Origin: Bacillota bacterium
GTDB lineage: Bacteria > Bacillota > Clostridia > Peptostreptococcales > Natronincolaceae
Assembly: GCA_023387935.1 (NCBI GenBank)
Contig: JAEWHG010000131.1
Span: 15,278 to 79,277, forward strand
Direction: 5' to 3'
Length of the DNA stretch: 64,000 bases
Shown: positions 1 to 10,399 of the stretch, in pieces
Position numbering within the stretch: position 1 is the first letter of the stretch
How the letters are laid out: every line of letters begins with the position of its first letter
Notes under the pieces: generated by a model
The model's input: the letters and a program-made list of their open reading frames with translations, nothing else
What the model was told of the DNA's origin: nothing
Database searches by the model: none
Position numbers and translations under genes: made by a program

Positions 1-167
1 GCGCCGCTATAGGTCATACTTGTTATGTTAATAATATACCTTTTGTTGTCATAAGAGCTATGTCTGATAATGCAGATGGATCAGCTCATGATAATTTTAA
101 TGAGTTTGTACAGGAAGCAGCGAATAATTCTAAAGATATTGTAAAAATAATGTTAAAACAAATGTAA
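1..167 (+). CDS. mtnN: 5'-methylthioadenosine/S-adenosylhomocysteine nucleosidase, C-terminal part (truncated by window edge; not in ORF track)
   Basis: Frame from nt 3 reads [28 protein letters not shown]...KQM*; the PFVVIRAxSDxA motif is typical of MtnN/Pfs. Confidence 0.88.
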   Translation, partial: AAIGHTCYVNNIPFVVIRAMSDNADGSAHDNFNEFVQEAANNSKDIVKIMLKQM

Positions 168-180
168 GAAGGAATATGAT

Positions 181-975
181 ATGAATTTAAATTTAATAGG
201 AAAAACGAATAATGAAAAAACTAAGATAATAGAAATAAAAAACCTTAAAATTGGTGGCGAACATCCTATAATTATTGCAGGACCCTGCTCTATAGAAAGT
301 GAACACCAAATCCAAAATGCAGCCCAAATCGTAAAAAAGCTAGGCGGCCATATTTTAAGAGGAGGCGCTTTTAAGCCTAGAACCTCTCCATATTCATTCC
401 AAGGACTTGGCGAAGAAGGGTTAAGGCTGTTAAAAGAAGCGGGAGATGTTCATGGATTACCAGTTGTTTCTGAAGTGATGGACACCCGGGATGTTGAAAT
501 GGTTTATAAATATGTGGATATACTACAAATAGGGTCGCGGAATATGCAGAACTTTAGTCTTTTAAAGGAAGTAGGAAAAACTAATAAACCTATTTTATTA
601 AAACGTGGAATGACTGCTACTATAGAAGAGTGGCTGATGGCGGCTGAATATGTGGCATATGAAGGAAACAAGAATATTATATTGTGCGAACGTGGTGTTA
701 GAACCTTTGAAACATATACAAGAAACACATTAGATTTAGCAGCTATACCAATTATAAAAAACTTATCAGATCTTCCTATTATAGTGGATCCAAGCCATGG
801 AACAGGTAGAAAAGAACTTATATTGCCTATGTCAAAGGCTTCTTTGGCTGCTGGAGCAGATGGAATTATGGTAGAAATCCATCCAAATCCATGTGAAGCT
901 CTATCTGATGGAGAACAGTCCTTAGATTTTGATGAGTTTAATGAGTTTATGATAGAAATAAATACTGTATATTAG
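181..975 (+). CDS. aroF: DAHP synthase, type I-beta, without N-terminal regulatory domain
   Basis: [44 protein letters not shown] and DPSH motifs. Confidence 0.93.
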   Translation: MNLNLIGKTNNEKTKIIEIKNLKIGGEHPIIIAGPCSIESEHQIQNAAQIVKKLGGHILRGGAFKPRTSPYSFQGLGEEGLRLLKEAGDVHGLPVVSEVMDTRDVEMVYKYVDILQIGSRNMQNFSLLKEVGKTNKPILLKRGMTATIEEWLMAAEYVAYEGNKNIILCERGVRTFETYTRNTLDLAAIPIIKNLSDLPIIVDPSHGTGRKELILPMSKASLAAGADGIMVEIHPNPCEALSDGEQSLDFDEFNEFMIEINTVY

Positions 976-1027
976 CTATAGGATAAAAATCAATCTATGG
1001 GATAAAATAATAGTATGGAGGTTGACT

Positions 1028-1333
1028 ATGTCTAAAAACAGAGACCATTTAGTAGAGGAAATAGCAAAGGAAATTACCAACATGAGCCAGGTAGAGAAAT
1101 TGTCAAGGAAAATGGACAATATGAGAATAGCGGAGTATACAGAGATGATAACGAATCCAAAAAGAATTATATGGATGAATTTTATCGCTGGACTAGCTAG
1201 AGGCCTGGGAATGGGTATTGGCTTTACGCTACTAGCTGGAATTGTTCTATATCTGTTGCAGAGCTGGGTTAATCTTCCATTTGTTGGCAAGCTTATTGCG
1301 GACTTACTTGATATAATTGATGCCTATAGATAG
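1028..1333 (+). CDS. DUF5665-like small membrane protein
   Basis: NFIAGLARGLGMGIGFTLL hydrophobic segment; GGAGG RBS before ATG 1028; usual neighbour of yteA in clostridia. Confidence 0.7.
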   Translation: MSKNRDHLVEEIAKEITNMSQVEKLSRKMDNMRIAEYTEMITNPKRIIWMNFIAGLARGLGMGIGFTLLAGIVLYLLQSWVNLPFVGKLIADLLDIIDAYR

Positions 1334-1343
1334 GAGGATTTTA

Positions 1344-2027
1344 TTGAATAAAAACAAAATAGAATACTTCAAAAACAAATTGTTAGAGGAAAAAAATAAC
1401 ACACTAAATACTATTAGGATGATGGAAAAGCATCAGCCTAAAAATGCTTCTATGAGAGAATATACGGAAGAACTTTCAAGTTATGATAATCATCCTGCCG
1501 ATTTAGGGACAGAGATGTTTATGATGGAAATGCAATATAACCTAGAAAGCCATGAAAAATATAGAATTGATGAGATAGATAGGGCTCTAGAAGCCATTAA
1601 AAAGGGTACCTATGGAAGCTGTCAGCTTTGTGAATCTGAAATACTAGAAGAAAGATTAGAAATCATGCCTGAAGCCCATTTCTGTATGGAATGTGCAGAA
1701 AAAGAAGTACAAGGGCATAAGCTCAGTGCAGATAGGCCAGTAGAGGAAGAGGTTTTATCTCCTTCTTTTAGAACAAGCTATAAGGATTACGACGATTATA
1801 CTGGGTTTGATGGAGAGGATGCGTATCAAGCTGTAGCAAAATTTAATGAAATGAAAAATGATCCATCCTTTGCTACAGGAGACCTTTTAGGTGTATTTGA
1901 CGATTATAATATTGGAACCGTCGAAGAAGTTGAAAATATTTCAGATGCATATTATAGGTCTCAACTCTCTTATACTGGTGACGGTATGATGCATGCTGAA
2001 GAACAAATGGATGTAGAAGATAAATAG
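1344..2027 (+). CDS. yteA: YteA-family TraR/DksA C4 zinc-finger protein (sporulation-associated)
   Basis: EELSSYDNHPADLGTE motif, CQLC...CMEC zinc finger, RPVEEEVL; start moved to TTG 1344 after AGGAGG. Confidence 0.85.
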   Translation: MNKNKIEYFKNKLLEEKNNTLNTIRMMEKHQPKNASMREYTEELSSYDNHPADLGTEMFMMEMQYNLESHEKYRIDEIDRALEAIKKGTYGSCQLCESEILEERLEIMPEAHFCMECAEKEVQGHKLSADRPVEEEVLSPSFRTSYKDYDDYTGFDGEDAYQAVAKFNEMKNDPSFATGDLLGVFDDYNIGTVEEVENISDAYYRSQLSYTGDGMMHAEEQMDVEDK

Positions 2028-2028
2028 C

Positions 2029-2060
2029 AAAAAAGATACATTTTGTATCTTTTTTCTTTT
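2029..2060 (+). terminator. Intrinsic terminator after yteA
   Basis: AAAAAAGATACA-TTT-TGTATCTTTTTT hairpin with T tail. Confidence 0.65.
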
Positions 2061-2110
2061 GATAATGGTATAATCATTTATTGAAGGAAAAGATAGGAGG
2101 GAGAAGATAT

Positions 2111-2545
2111 ATGAATTATATAGTTGTAATTGCAGTTATTATATTAGATCAGTTAAGTAAAATATTAGCTTTAAAATATCTAGCGCCAATAAGGGATATT
2201 CCTATTATTGAAAATATATTTCATTTAACTTATGTTGAAAATCGCGGTGCTGCGTTTGGGCTTTTTCAAAATCAGAAATTATTTTTCATTATTACAACTC
2301 TTTTAGTATTAGGGTTTATATTATATTATGCACATCATAATAAACTAAATAGAATAATGGTATTTGCTCTTAGTTTGGTAGCGGGTGGAGCTATTGGGAA
2401 TTTAATAGATAGAGTTAGATTAGGCTTTGTTGTTGATTATTTTAACGTTGCAATTATAAATTTTCCTGTATTTAACATAGCTGATTCTGCTGTTGTAATC
2501 GGTGCAATTTTAATTAGTATATATATATTAAAGAATGATATTTAA
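2111..2545 (+). CDS. lspA: Lipoprotein signal peptidase II
   Basis: DQLSK, NRGAAFG, GNLIDR, VVDY, FNIAD motifs; start at ATG 2111 after AGGAGG. Confidence 0.95.
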   Translation: MNYIVVIAVIILDQLSKILALKYLAPIRDIPIIENIFHLTYVENRGAAFGLFQNQKLFFIITTLLVLGFILYYAHHNKLNRIMVFALSLVAGGAIGNLIDRVRLGFVVDYFNVAIINFPVFNIADSAVVIGAILISIYILKNDI

Positions 2546-2570
2546 TTTGTTTTAAAAGGAGAGATAAACC

Positions 2571-4057
<1,487 letters not shown>

Positions 4058-4060
4058 GAT

Positions 4061-4095
4061 AAAGGGTTCCTTAACCAAATAAGGAACCTATTTTT
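4061..4095. terminator. Probable bidirectional terminator between convergent pyrR and rqcH
   Basis: GGTTCCTTA/TAAGGAACC stem with flanking A and T runs. Confidence 0.7.
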
Positions 4096-4103
4096 AATTT
4101 GAA

Positions 4104-5897
4104 TTAAGAATCTAAAGCTTTAATATTTGAAATTGATTTCTCTTCACTATCCACTAATATGGTAGAATAGTCAACATAAATTACCATTCCAGGTTTAGCA
4201 CCACTTTGTTTCCTTACATTTTTTCGTTGAGTATAGTCAACCGCCACCTTGGTAGAATTTTTACCTTTGCTATAATAAGCTGCCAATGTTGCTGCTTCTA
4301 ATATGGATTGCTCACCAAATGCTTCATCTTTTCCTTTTAAAATAACGTGGGATCCTGGCATATCTTTAACGTGGAACCATAAATCCTCTTTAGAAGATAT
4401 TTTGAAGGTAATCTCATCATTCTGTTTATTGTTTTTTCCAACAAATATTTCAAAACCTTCTGAAGAAATGAATTTAAGATAATTAGATTTTTTAGTTTGA
4501 TTAGATTTCATAGGTTTCTTATTGCTGATCTTTTTCTTGATAAATCCAGTTTCCTCAAGTTCCATACGGATCTCCTCAATATCAGAAAGATGAGTACACT
4601 GATCGATGCTTATAATTATTTGTTCTAAATAATTAATTTCTTCCTCAGCTTTTTCAATTTGGTGATTCACTTGAAAAAGTGCGGTTTTAGCTTTATTATA
4701 CAGTTTAAAGTATCTTTGTGCATTTTGTGCAGGACTCAGTCTTTTATCTAAAGAAATAGTAATTGTGCTATAGTTTTCATCATAATAATTAACAAGTTCT
4801 ACTTGATCCTCTCCATGAGGTACTTGATAAATATTAGCAGTAATTAAGTCTCCATAAAGTTTATACTTCTCTGCTTCCTTGGCATTTTTCAAATCTTTAT
4901 TCAAGTTACTTAATTTATTATATAGGCGGTCTAGTTTTATAGAAATACTTTTTCGCAAATCATTTGTTCTCTGTTTCATACTTTCTCTAGAGGATCTTTG
5001 AAGGTAGAAATTCTCTAATAATTCGTTGATCGATTCAAATTCATGTTTCTTATAATAGTTAAAGTGATTAATTTCAATTGTGTTAAAGTCAATATATTTT
5101 CCTGTTTTTTCATCTATATAAATAGATGGATGGAAATCATATGATTTAATCTTATCAATTAAATTTATAAAGGAATTATAAATTAAATTTATTTTTTCTT
5201 CATCTAAATTGGATAACAGTATATTTTCATCAATAGATGAGTTATAACAAATTTCTCTGGAAATAAGCGGGGATATACCGTTGAAACTTGTATAAATAGC
5301 TTTATATATAGGTATCCTTTGATCCTGACCCTTAATGATTGAGATAAATGACTCCCTGCTATTAATTTCTAAGGGGTTCATTTTATCGTGGGAAGGGGGC
5401 ATAGAATATTGTAGTCCAGGTAGAATTTGCCTATATCTACTAATATCAAAAGGAATGCGTTTTATGCTATCGATAACCTTATTAGATTCACAATCTACTA
5501 AAATTATGTTACTATGCTTTCCCATAATCTCTACTATAAGTTCTTTAGATTTAAGTACATTCAGCTCGTCGAGAGATTCTATGATAATTTTAATCATTCT
5601 TTCAAATTGAGGTTGAATAATATCTATAATTCTTCCGCCAATCAAATGCTTCCTAAGAACCATACAGAAATTGGGAGGAGTTGTTGGGTTTTCTTTCACA
5701 AAATGAGTCAAATGTATTTTAGGATAGTTGCTATTTGCAGATAGTAAAACCTTGTGGTTTTTACCACCGCTCCTTACTGTTAAAATTATTTCATCGGCTT
5801 CTGGTTGATAGATTTTATCTATTCTACCGTTACATAATTCGGTTTTCAATTCATGGGTTAATGCTGCTACAACGAATCCATCTAAAGCCATTGGCAT
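4104..5897 (-). CDS. rqcH: Ribosome quality control factor RqcH (NFACT/FbpA family)
   Basis: MALDG start, FCMVLRKHL, EIMGKHSNIIL, GKNNKQND, WFHVKDMPGSHV, VDYT motifs. Confidence 0.93.
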   Translation of the reverse strand: MPMALDGFVVAALTHELKTELCNGRIDKIYQPEADEIILTVRSGGKNHKVLLSANSNYPKIHLTHFVKENPTTPPNFCMVLRKHLIGGRIIDIIQPQFERMIKIIIESLDELNVLKSKELIVEIMGKHSNIILVDCESNKVIDSIKRIPFDISRYRQILPGLQYSMPPSHDKMNPLEINSRESFISIIKGQDQRIPIYKAIYTSFNGISPLISREICYNSSIDENILLSNLDEEKINLIYNSFINLIDKIKSYDFHPSIYIDEKTGKYIDFNTIEINHFNYYKKHEFESINELLENFYLQRSSRESMKQRTNDLRKSISIKLDRLYNKLSNLNKDLKNAKEAEKYKLYGDLITANIYQVPHGEDQVELVNYYDENYSTITISLDKRLSPAQNAQRYFKLYNKAKTALFQVNHQIEKAEEEINYLEQIIISIDQCTHLSDIEEIRMELEETGFIKKKISNKKPMKSNQTKKSNYLKFISSEGFEIFVGKNNKQNDEITFKISSKEDLWFHVKDMPGSHVILKGKDEAFGEQSILEAATLAAYYSKGKNSTKVAVDYTQRKNVRKQSGAKPGMVIYVDYSTILVDSEEKSISNIKALDS

Positions 5898-6082
5898 TAC
5901 CTCCTATTTAATTTGTAACCATAATAGCATAATTTTTAAAATAAAACTAGGTTTTGATGATAAAGTATGCAAAAATAGGTATTGGATAAAATATATTAAA
6001 AAAACGTAATATTTTAAAGGGAAACAAAATCTATTATTGAATTAAATAGGATATAAGAATAAATAGATAAAGGAGTGATAAT

Positions 6083-6922
6083 ATGAGGATCAATTTTAAA
6101 AAAATGCATGGTGCAGGGAATGACTTTGTTGTAATAAAATATGAAGATTTTCCTTTCGAGGAAAGCTTTAATGATGTAGCAAAAAAAGTCTGTCATAGAC
6201 ATTTTGGTATAGGTGCAGATGGATTGTTAATAGTAAATAGATCGGATATAGCTGATTTTAGAATGCAATATTATAATAGCGATGGCTCTTTGGCAGCTAT
6301 GTGTGGAAATGGCGTTCGATGTTTTTCAAAGTTTGTTTACGATGAAGGATTAACTGATAAAAAAGTATTTACAGTAGAAACGCTAGCTGGAGTAAAGGAA
6401 ATTAGTTTAACTACAGAAGATGGATTAGCTCAATATGTAAAAGTTAACATGGGTAAAATTACTTATGATTCTGATAAAATTCCTGTTATAACTACTGGTT
6501 CTGATTTTATTAATCAAACAATTAAGATAAACGAAAAGGAATTTATAGCTACAACTGTATTAATGGGGGTACCTCATACTGTTATTTTTACTGAGAAATT
6601 AGATATAGACGAAGTTAAAAATTACGGGTTCCTAATTGAAAAACATCATATATTTCCCAATAATACAAATGTTAATTTTGCTAAAATAATAGATAAAGGA
6701 AATATTGAAGTTAGGACATGGGAAAGGGGCGCAGGGTATACCTTAGCTTGCGGCACTGGGGTAACCAGTGTTGCTGGAGTTGCTAATAAACTAGGTCTTG
6801 TAAATAAAGATGTTAATGTAAATGTTGAGGGTGGAAACATCAAAGTAGAAATTAAGGAAGATGAAAGCTTATTTATGAATGGGCCTGCTGAAAATATTTG
6901 TTCTGGAATATTTTTTCTTTAA
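6083..6922 (+). CDS. dapF: Diaminopimelate epimerase
   Basis: [33 protein letters not shown]. Confidence 0.95.
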   Translation: MRINFKKMHGAGNDFVVIKYEDFPFEESFNDVAKKVCHRHFGIGADGLLIVNRSDIADFRMQYYNSDGSLAAMCGNGVRCFSKFVYDEGLTDKKVFTVETLAGVKEISLTTEDGLAQYVKVNMGKITYDSDKIPVITTGSDFINQTIKINEKEFIATTVLMGVPHTVIFTEKLDIDEVKNYGFLIEKHHIFPNNTNVNFAKIIDKGNIEVRTWERGAGYTLACGTGVTSVAGVANKLGLVNKDVNVNVEGGNIKVEIKEDESLFMNGPAENICSGIFFL

Positions 6923-6949
6923 TCTATATAGAAGCAATGCTAAATATGC

Positions 6950-6978
6950 TTGTAATTATTTGTAGATGAATATAAAAT
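6950..6978 (+). promoter_or_regulatory. sigmaA-type promoter for yloC-remA-gmk-rpoZ-coaBC
   Basis: TTGTAA-17 bp-TAAAAT. Confidence 0.55.
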
Positions 6979-7015
6979 AGTAAACGAGAAACATCAAGTG
7001 AGAGGATGAGTAGCT

Positions 7016-7897
7016 ATGATAAAAAGCATGACAGGCTTCGGTAGAGGTGATTCTCAAGTTGCGGATAAATGCTTTCAGGTAGAGCTTAAATCTGTTAATC
7101 ATAGATATATGGATATAAGCATAAAGCTGCCTAAAAAATTTACATACTTAGAAGAGAATATACGTAAAGTCATAAAATCCCATATACAAAGAGGGCGTAT
7201 AGAAGTTTACATTACTTATGAAAATATTGGGGAAAGCGATACTAATATTGTTGTAGATATGGCTTTAGCAAAGGATTATCTAAAAGCATTAACCAGAATA
7301 GAAAAAGAGCTGTCAGTACAAAATGATGCAACAACATCATTAATTGGTCGTTTTCCAGATGTAATAAAGATAGAAAAAAAAGAAGATAATGAAGATGAAA
7401 TTTGGGAATGTTTAAACGAAGCTTTAAATAATGCATTAATGCAAATGATATCAATGAGAAATGATGAAGGAAATAAATTGCAACTAGATTTAATAAAACG
7501 TCTAAGCAAAACAAGAGATTACGTTGCACAAGTCAAAGAGAGAAGTCCTATCATTGTTCAAGAGTATAGATTAAAACTTATGGATAGAATTAAGGAAATG
7601 CTAGAAGAAGAATTTTCACTAGATGATAATCGTGTAGCAGCAGAAGTCGCATTGTTCGCTGACAAAAGTAATATTACAGAGGAAATTGTTCGACTATGCA
7701 GTCATATGGATCAATTTAAAAACACTTTAGATGAAGAGGATGCTGTCGGAAGAAAACTTGATTTTATACTTCAGGAAATGAATAGAGAGGCTAATACAAT
7801 AGGATCCAAAGCAAATGATTTAATCCTATCTAATTTGGTTATTAATATAAAAAGTGAACTTGAGAAAATGAGAGAACAAGTTCAAAATATTGAATAA
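7016..7897 (+). CDS. yloC: YicC/YloC family endoribonuclease
   Basis: [49 protein letters not shown]. Confidence 0.95.
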   Translation: MIKSMTGFGRGDSQVADKCFQVELKSVNHRYMDISIKLPKKFTYLEENIRKVIKSHIQRGRIEVYITYENIGESDTNIVVDMALAKDYLKALTRIEKELSVQNDATTSLIGRFPDVIKIEKKEDNEDEIWECLNEALNNALMQMISMRNDEGNKLQLDLIKRLSKTRDYVAQVKERSPIIVQEYRLKLMDRIKEMLEEEFSLDDNRVAAEVALFADKSNITEEIVRLCSHMDQFKNTLDEEDAVGRKLDFILQEMNREANTIGSKANDLILSNLVINIKSELEKMREQVQNIE

Positions 7898-7910
7898 GGG
7901 AGAAATAGTA

Positions 7911-8192
7911 ATGAATATAAAACTAATAAATATTGGATTTGGTAATATAGTATCTGCTAGTAGAATAGTAGCTATTGTAAGCCCCGAGTCAGCTCCTATC
8001 AAAAGAATTATTCAGGAAGCTAGGGATAGAGGAATGCTTGTTGATGCAACCTATGGAAGGAGAACTAGGGCAGTAATCGTAACTGATAGTGATCATATCA
8101 TACTTTCAGCTGTTCAACCAGAGACTGTAGCCCATAGATTAAACTCTAAAGATAATGCAAAAGAGGTTGAAAGCGTTGTTGAAGGAGAATAA
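7911..8192 (+). CDS. remA: RemA (DUF370) regulator
   Basis: [27 protein letters not shown]...[11 protein letters not shown]; position between yloC and gmk. Confidence 0.93.
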   Translation: MNIKLINIGFGNIVSASRIVAIVSPESAPIKRIIQEARDRGMLVDATYGRRTRAVIVTDSDHIILSAVQPETVAHRLNSKDNAKEVESVVEGE

Positions 8193-8217
8193 TATTGAAT
8201 AGGAAGAGGAGAAGTAT

Positions 8218-8820
8218 ATGAGCAGTAAAGGTTTATTAATTGTTGTATCAGGTCCATCTGGTGCAGGAAAAGGAACTATTTGCAAGGAATTATTGAAAAG
8301 CAATCCTCACATTAAAGTTTCAATATCATCTACTACAAGATTGCCAAGACCTGGTGAAGTAGATGGTATAAATTATTTCTTTACTAAAAAAGATAAATTT
8401 GAGGATATGATAAATCATAATGATTTTTTAGAGTATGCTATGGTATATGATAATTATTATGGAACACCGAAACAATATGTTATGAATAATCTTGAAAATG
8501 GTAATGATGTTTTATTGGAGATCGATATTGTAGGTGCTCTTCAAATTAAGGATAGATTTGAAGATGCTGTATTTATTTTTATTCTGCCTCCTTCATTAGA
8601 AGAGTTGAGAAACAGGATTGTAGGTAGGGGGACAGAAACTCTATCAGATATTGAAAAACGTTATGGTTCTGCTATTTCTGAAATAGAACAGGTAATTAAG
8701 TATGATTATGCAGTTATTAATGATGATGTGGACAGGGCTGTAAAAGATATTGAATCAATTATTAGAGCTGAAAAATGTAAAGTTTTAAGAAAACATGATG
8801 AAATATTATCAAAATTTTAA
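8218..8820 (+). CDS. gmk: Guanylate kinase
   Basis: SGPSGAGKGT P-loop, TTRLPRPGEVDG, YYGTP. Confidence 0.97.
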   Translation: MSSKGLLIVVSGPSGAGKGTICKELLKSNPHIKVSISSTTRLPRPGEVDGINYFFTKKDKFEDMINHNDFLEYAMVYDNYYGTPKQYVMNNLENGNDVLLEIDIVGALQIKDRFEDAVFIFILPPSLEELRNRIVGRGTETLSDIEKRYGSAISEIEQVIKYDYAVINDDVDRAVKDIESIIRAEKCKVLRKHDEILSKF

Positions 8821-8835
8821 TTAGGAGATGATAAA

Positions 8836-9048
8836 ATGTTGTACCCACCAATTAATGAATTATTAGATAAAGTAGATAGTAGATATACTTTAGTTGTAGC
8901 TGCTGCAAAAAGAGCGAGACAACTAATTGACGGATCTGAGCCAAAGGTTAATGATCTTTATTCTAAAAAACCAGTGTCAATTGCTACTCAGGAAATATTT
9001 GAAGGTGAAGTACTTTATACAAGTGCAGAAGAAGAAGAAATAGAGTAA
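8836..9048 (+). CDS. rpoZ: RNA polymerase omega subunit
   Basis: MLYPPINELL..VDSRYTLVVAAAKRARQL. Confidence 0.96.
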   Translation: MLYPPINELLDKVDSRYTLVVAAAKRARQLIDGSEPKVNDLYSKKPVSIATQEIFEGEVLYTSAEEEEIE

Positions 9049-9060
9049 GAAGGTGAAAAT

Positions 9061-10254
9061 ATGTTGAAAAACATAAATATTGTTCTCGGTGTCACAGGAG
9101 GAATTGCAGCTTATAAGGCTTGTGATATCGTTAGTAGATTTAAAAAATTGAATGCTAATGTGGATGTTATTATGACAAAATCAGGTGCAGAAATGGTGCA
9201 GCCTCACACTTTTCAGGCTTTAAGCCAAAATCCTGTAATAATTGATACATTTAATACGCCAAGATACTGGGATATTGAACATATTGCATTAGCACAAAAA
9301 GCTGATATTTTACTGGTAGCACCTGCAACAGCAAATATGATAGGTAAGGTTGCTAATGGAATTGCAGATGATATGCTATCTACAACAATAATGGCATCTA
9401 CTGCAAAAGTTATTTTCGCTCCTGCTATGAATACTAAAATGTATGAAAACAAAATTGTACAACAAAATATAGAGAAACTAACTTCATTAGGATACGAATT
9501 TATTGAGCCTGCATCTGGACGTTTAGCGTGTGGTGATATTGGAAAAGGTAAATTAGCAGATACAGACGAAATAATAGAATACGTAATAAATGCCATAAGG
9601 CCTAATAGGGATTTAGAAGGAAAGAAAATCTTAATCACTGCTGGTCCAACTAGAGAATCATTAGATCCTGTTCGTTTTATTACGAATCATTCAACTGGTA
9701 AAATGGGCTATTCTTTAGCAGAAGTAGCTTTGGAGAGAGGGGCCGAAGTAACGCTTATCAGCGGGCCTACTAATCTGTGTCCACCCTCAGGGGCTAAAGT
9801 AATTAAAATAAATACAACATTAGAAATGTATGATGCAGTAATGAACAATTATACGGATAAGGATATTATTATTAAATCAGCAGCAGTTGCAGATTATCGT
9901 CCTGAAGTAGTTTCTAATAGTAAGATAAAGAAAAGTGAAGGAAACTTAACTTTAACTTTAGTAAGAAATCCTGATATTTTAAAAGAATTGGGTGGGCTAA
10001 AAGAAGACAGAGTACTTGTAGGATTTGCCGCTGAAAGTGATAACGTACTTGAAAATGCAAAAGATAAGGTTAATAGAAAGAATTTGGATTTTATTGTTGC
10101 AAATGATATTACCCAAGAGGGTGCAGGATTTGGTACTGATACGAATATTGTTAATATTATAGATAGAAATGGCGACGTAGAAAAAATAGAAAAATCCAGT
10201 AAAGTCCAAATTGCGCAACGAATTTTAGATAAAGCAAAAAGACTTACTAAATAG
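9061..10254 (+). CDS. coaBC: Phosphopantothenoylcysteine decarboxylase/ligase
   Basis: GVTGGIAAYK, PAMNTKMY, LACGD.G.G, ITAGPTRE.LDPVRFITN.STGKMG. Confidence 0.96.
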   Translation: MLKNINIVLGVTGGIAAYKACDIVSRFKKLNANVDVIMTKSGAEMVQPHTFQALSQNPVIIDTFNTPRYWDIEHIALAQKADILLVAPATANMIGKVANGIADDMLSTTIMASTAKVIFAPAMNTKMYENKIVQQNIEKLTSLGYEFIEPASGRLACGDIGKGKLADTDEIIEYVINAIRPNRDLEGKKILITAGPTRESLDPVRFITNHSTGKMGYSLAEVALERGAEVTLISGPTNLCPPSGAKVIKINTTLEMYDAVMNNYTDKDIIIKSAAVADYRPEVVSNSKIKKSEGNLTLTLVRNPDILKELGGLKEDRVLVGFAAESDNVLENAKDKVNRKNLDFIVANDITQEGAGFGTDTNIVNIIDRNGDVEKIEKSSKVQIAQRILDKAKRLTK

Positions 10255-10263
10255 TATTATACT

Positions 10264-10294
10264 AAAAGGGCTATATAGTCCTTTTGTATTTTTT
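10264..10294 (+). terminator. Intrinsic terminator after coaBC
   Basis: AAAAGGGCTA-TA-TAGTCCTTTT hairpin followed by T-rich run. Confidence 0.65.
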
Positions 10295-10299
10295 ATATT

Positions 10300-10360
10300 T
10301 ATCTGACAGCTAAGAGTTATAAGATGCTCTCTTCTTTAAGAGAGAGCGAGAACGTAGATA
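10300..10360. repeat. Short palindromic, MITE/REP-like element between coaBC and priA
   Basis: Terminal TATCT...AGATA inverted ends enclosing a GCTCTCT/AGAGAGC stem (10326-10347). Confidence 0.4.
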
Positions 10361-10399
10361 GTAAGCATTGTAGCGCTTATTATATAAGGAGGTGGGTTT

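Noticed and set aside
6016..6042. sigmaH-like promoter before dapF (AAGGGA...GAAT)
   Set aside because: The -35 box is mismatched and the spacing is 16 bp, too weak to call.
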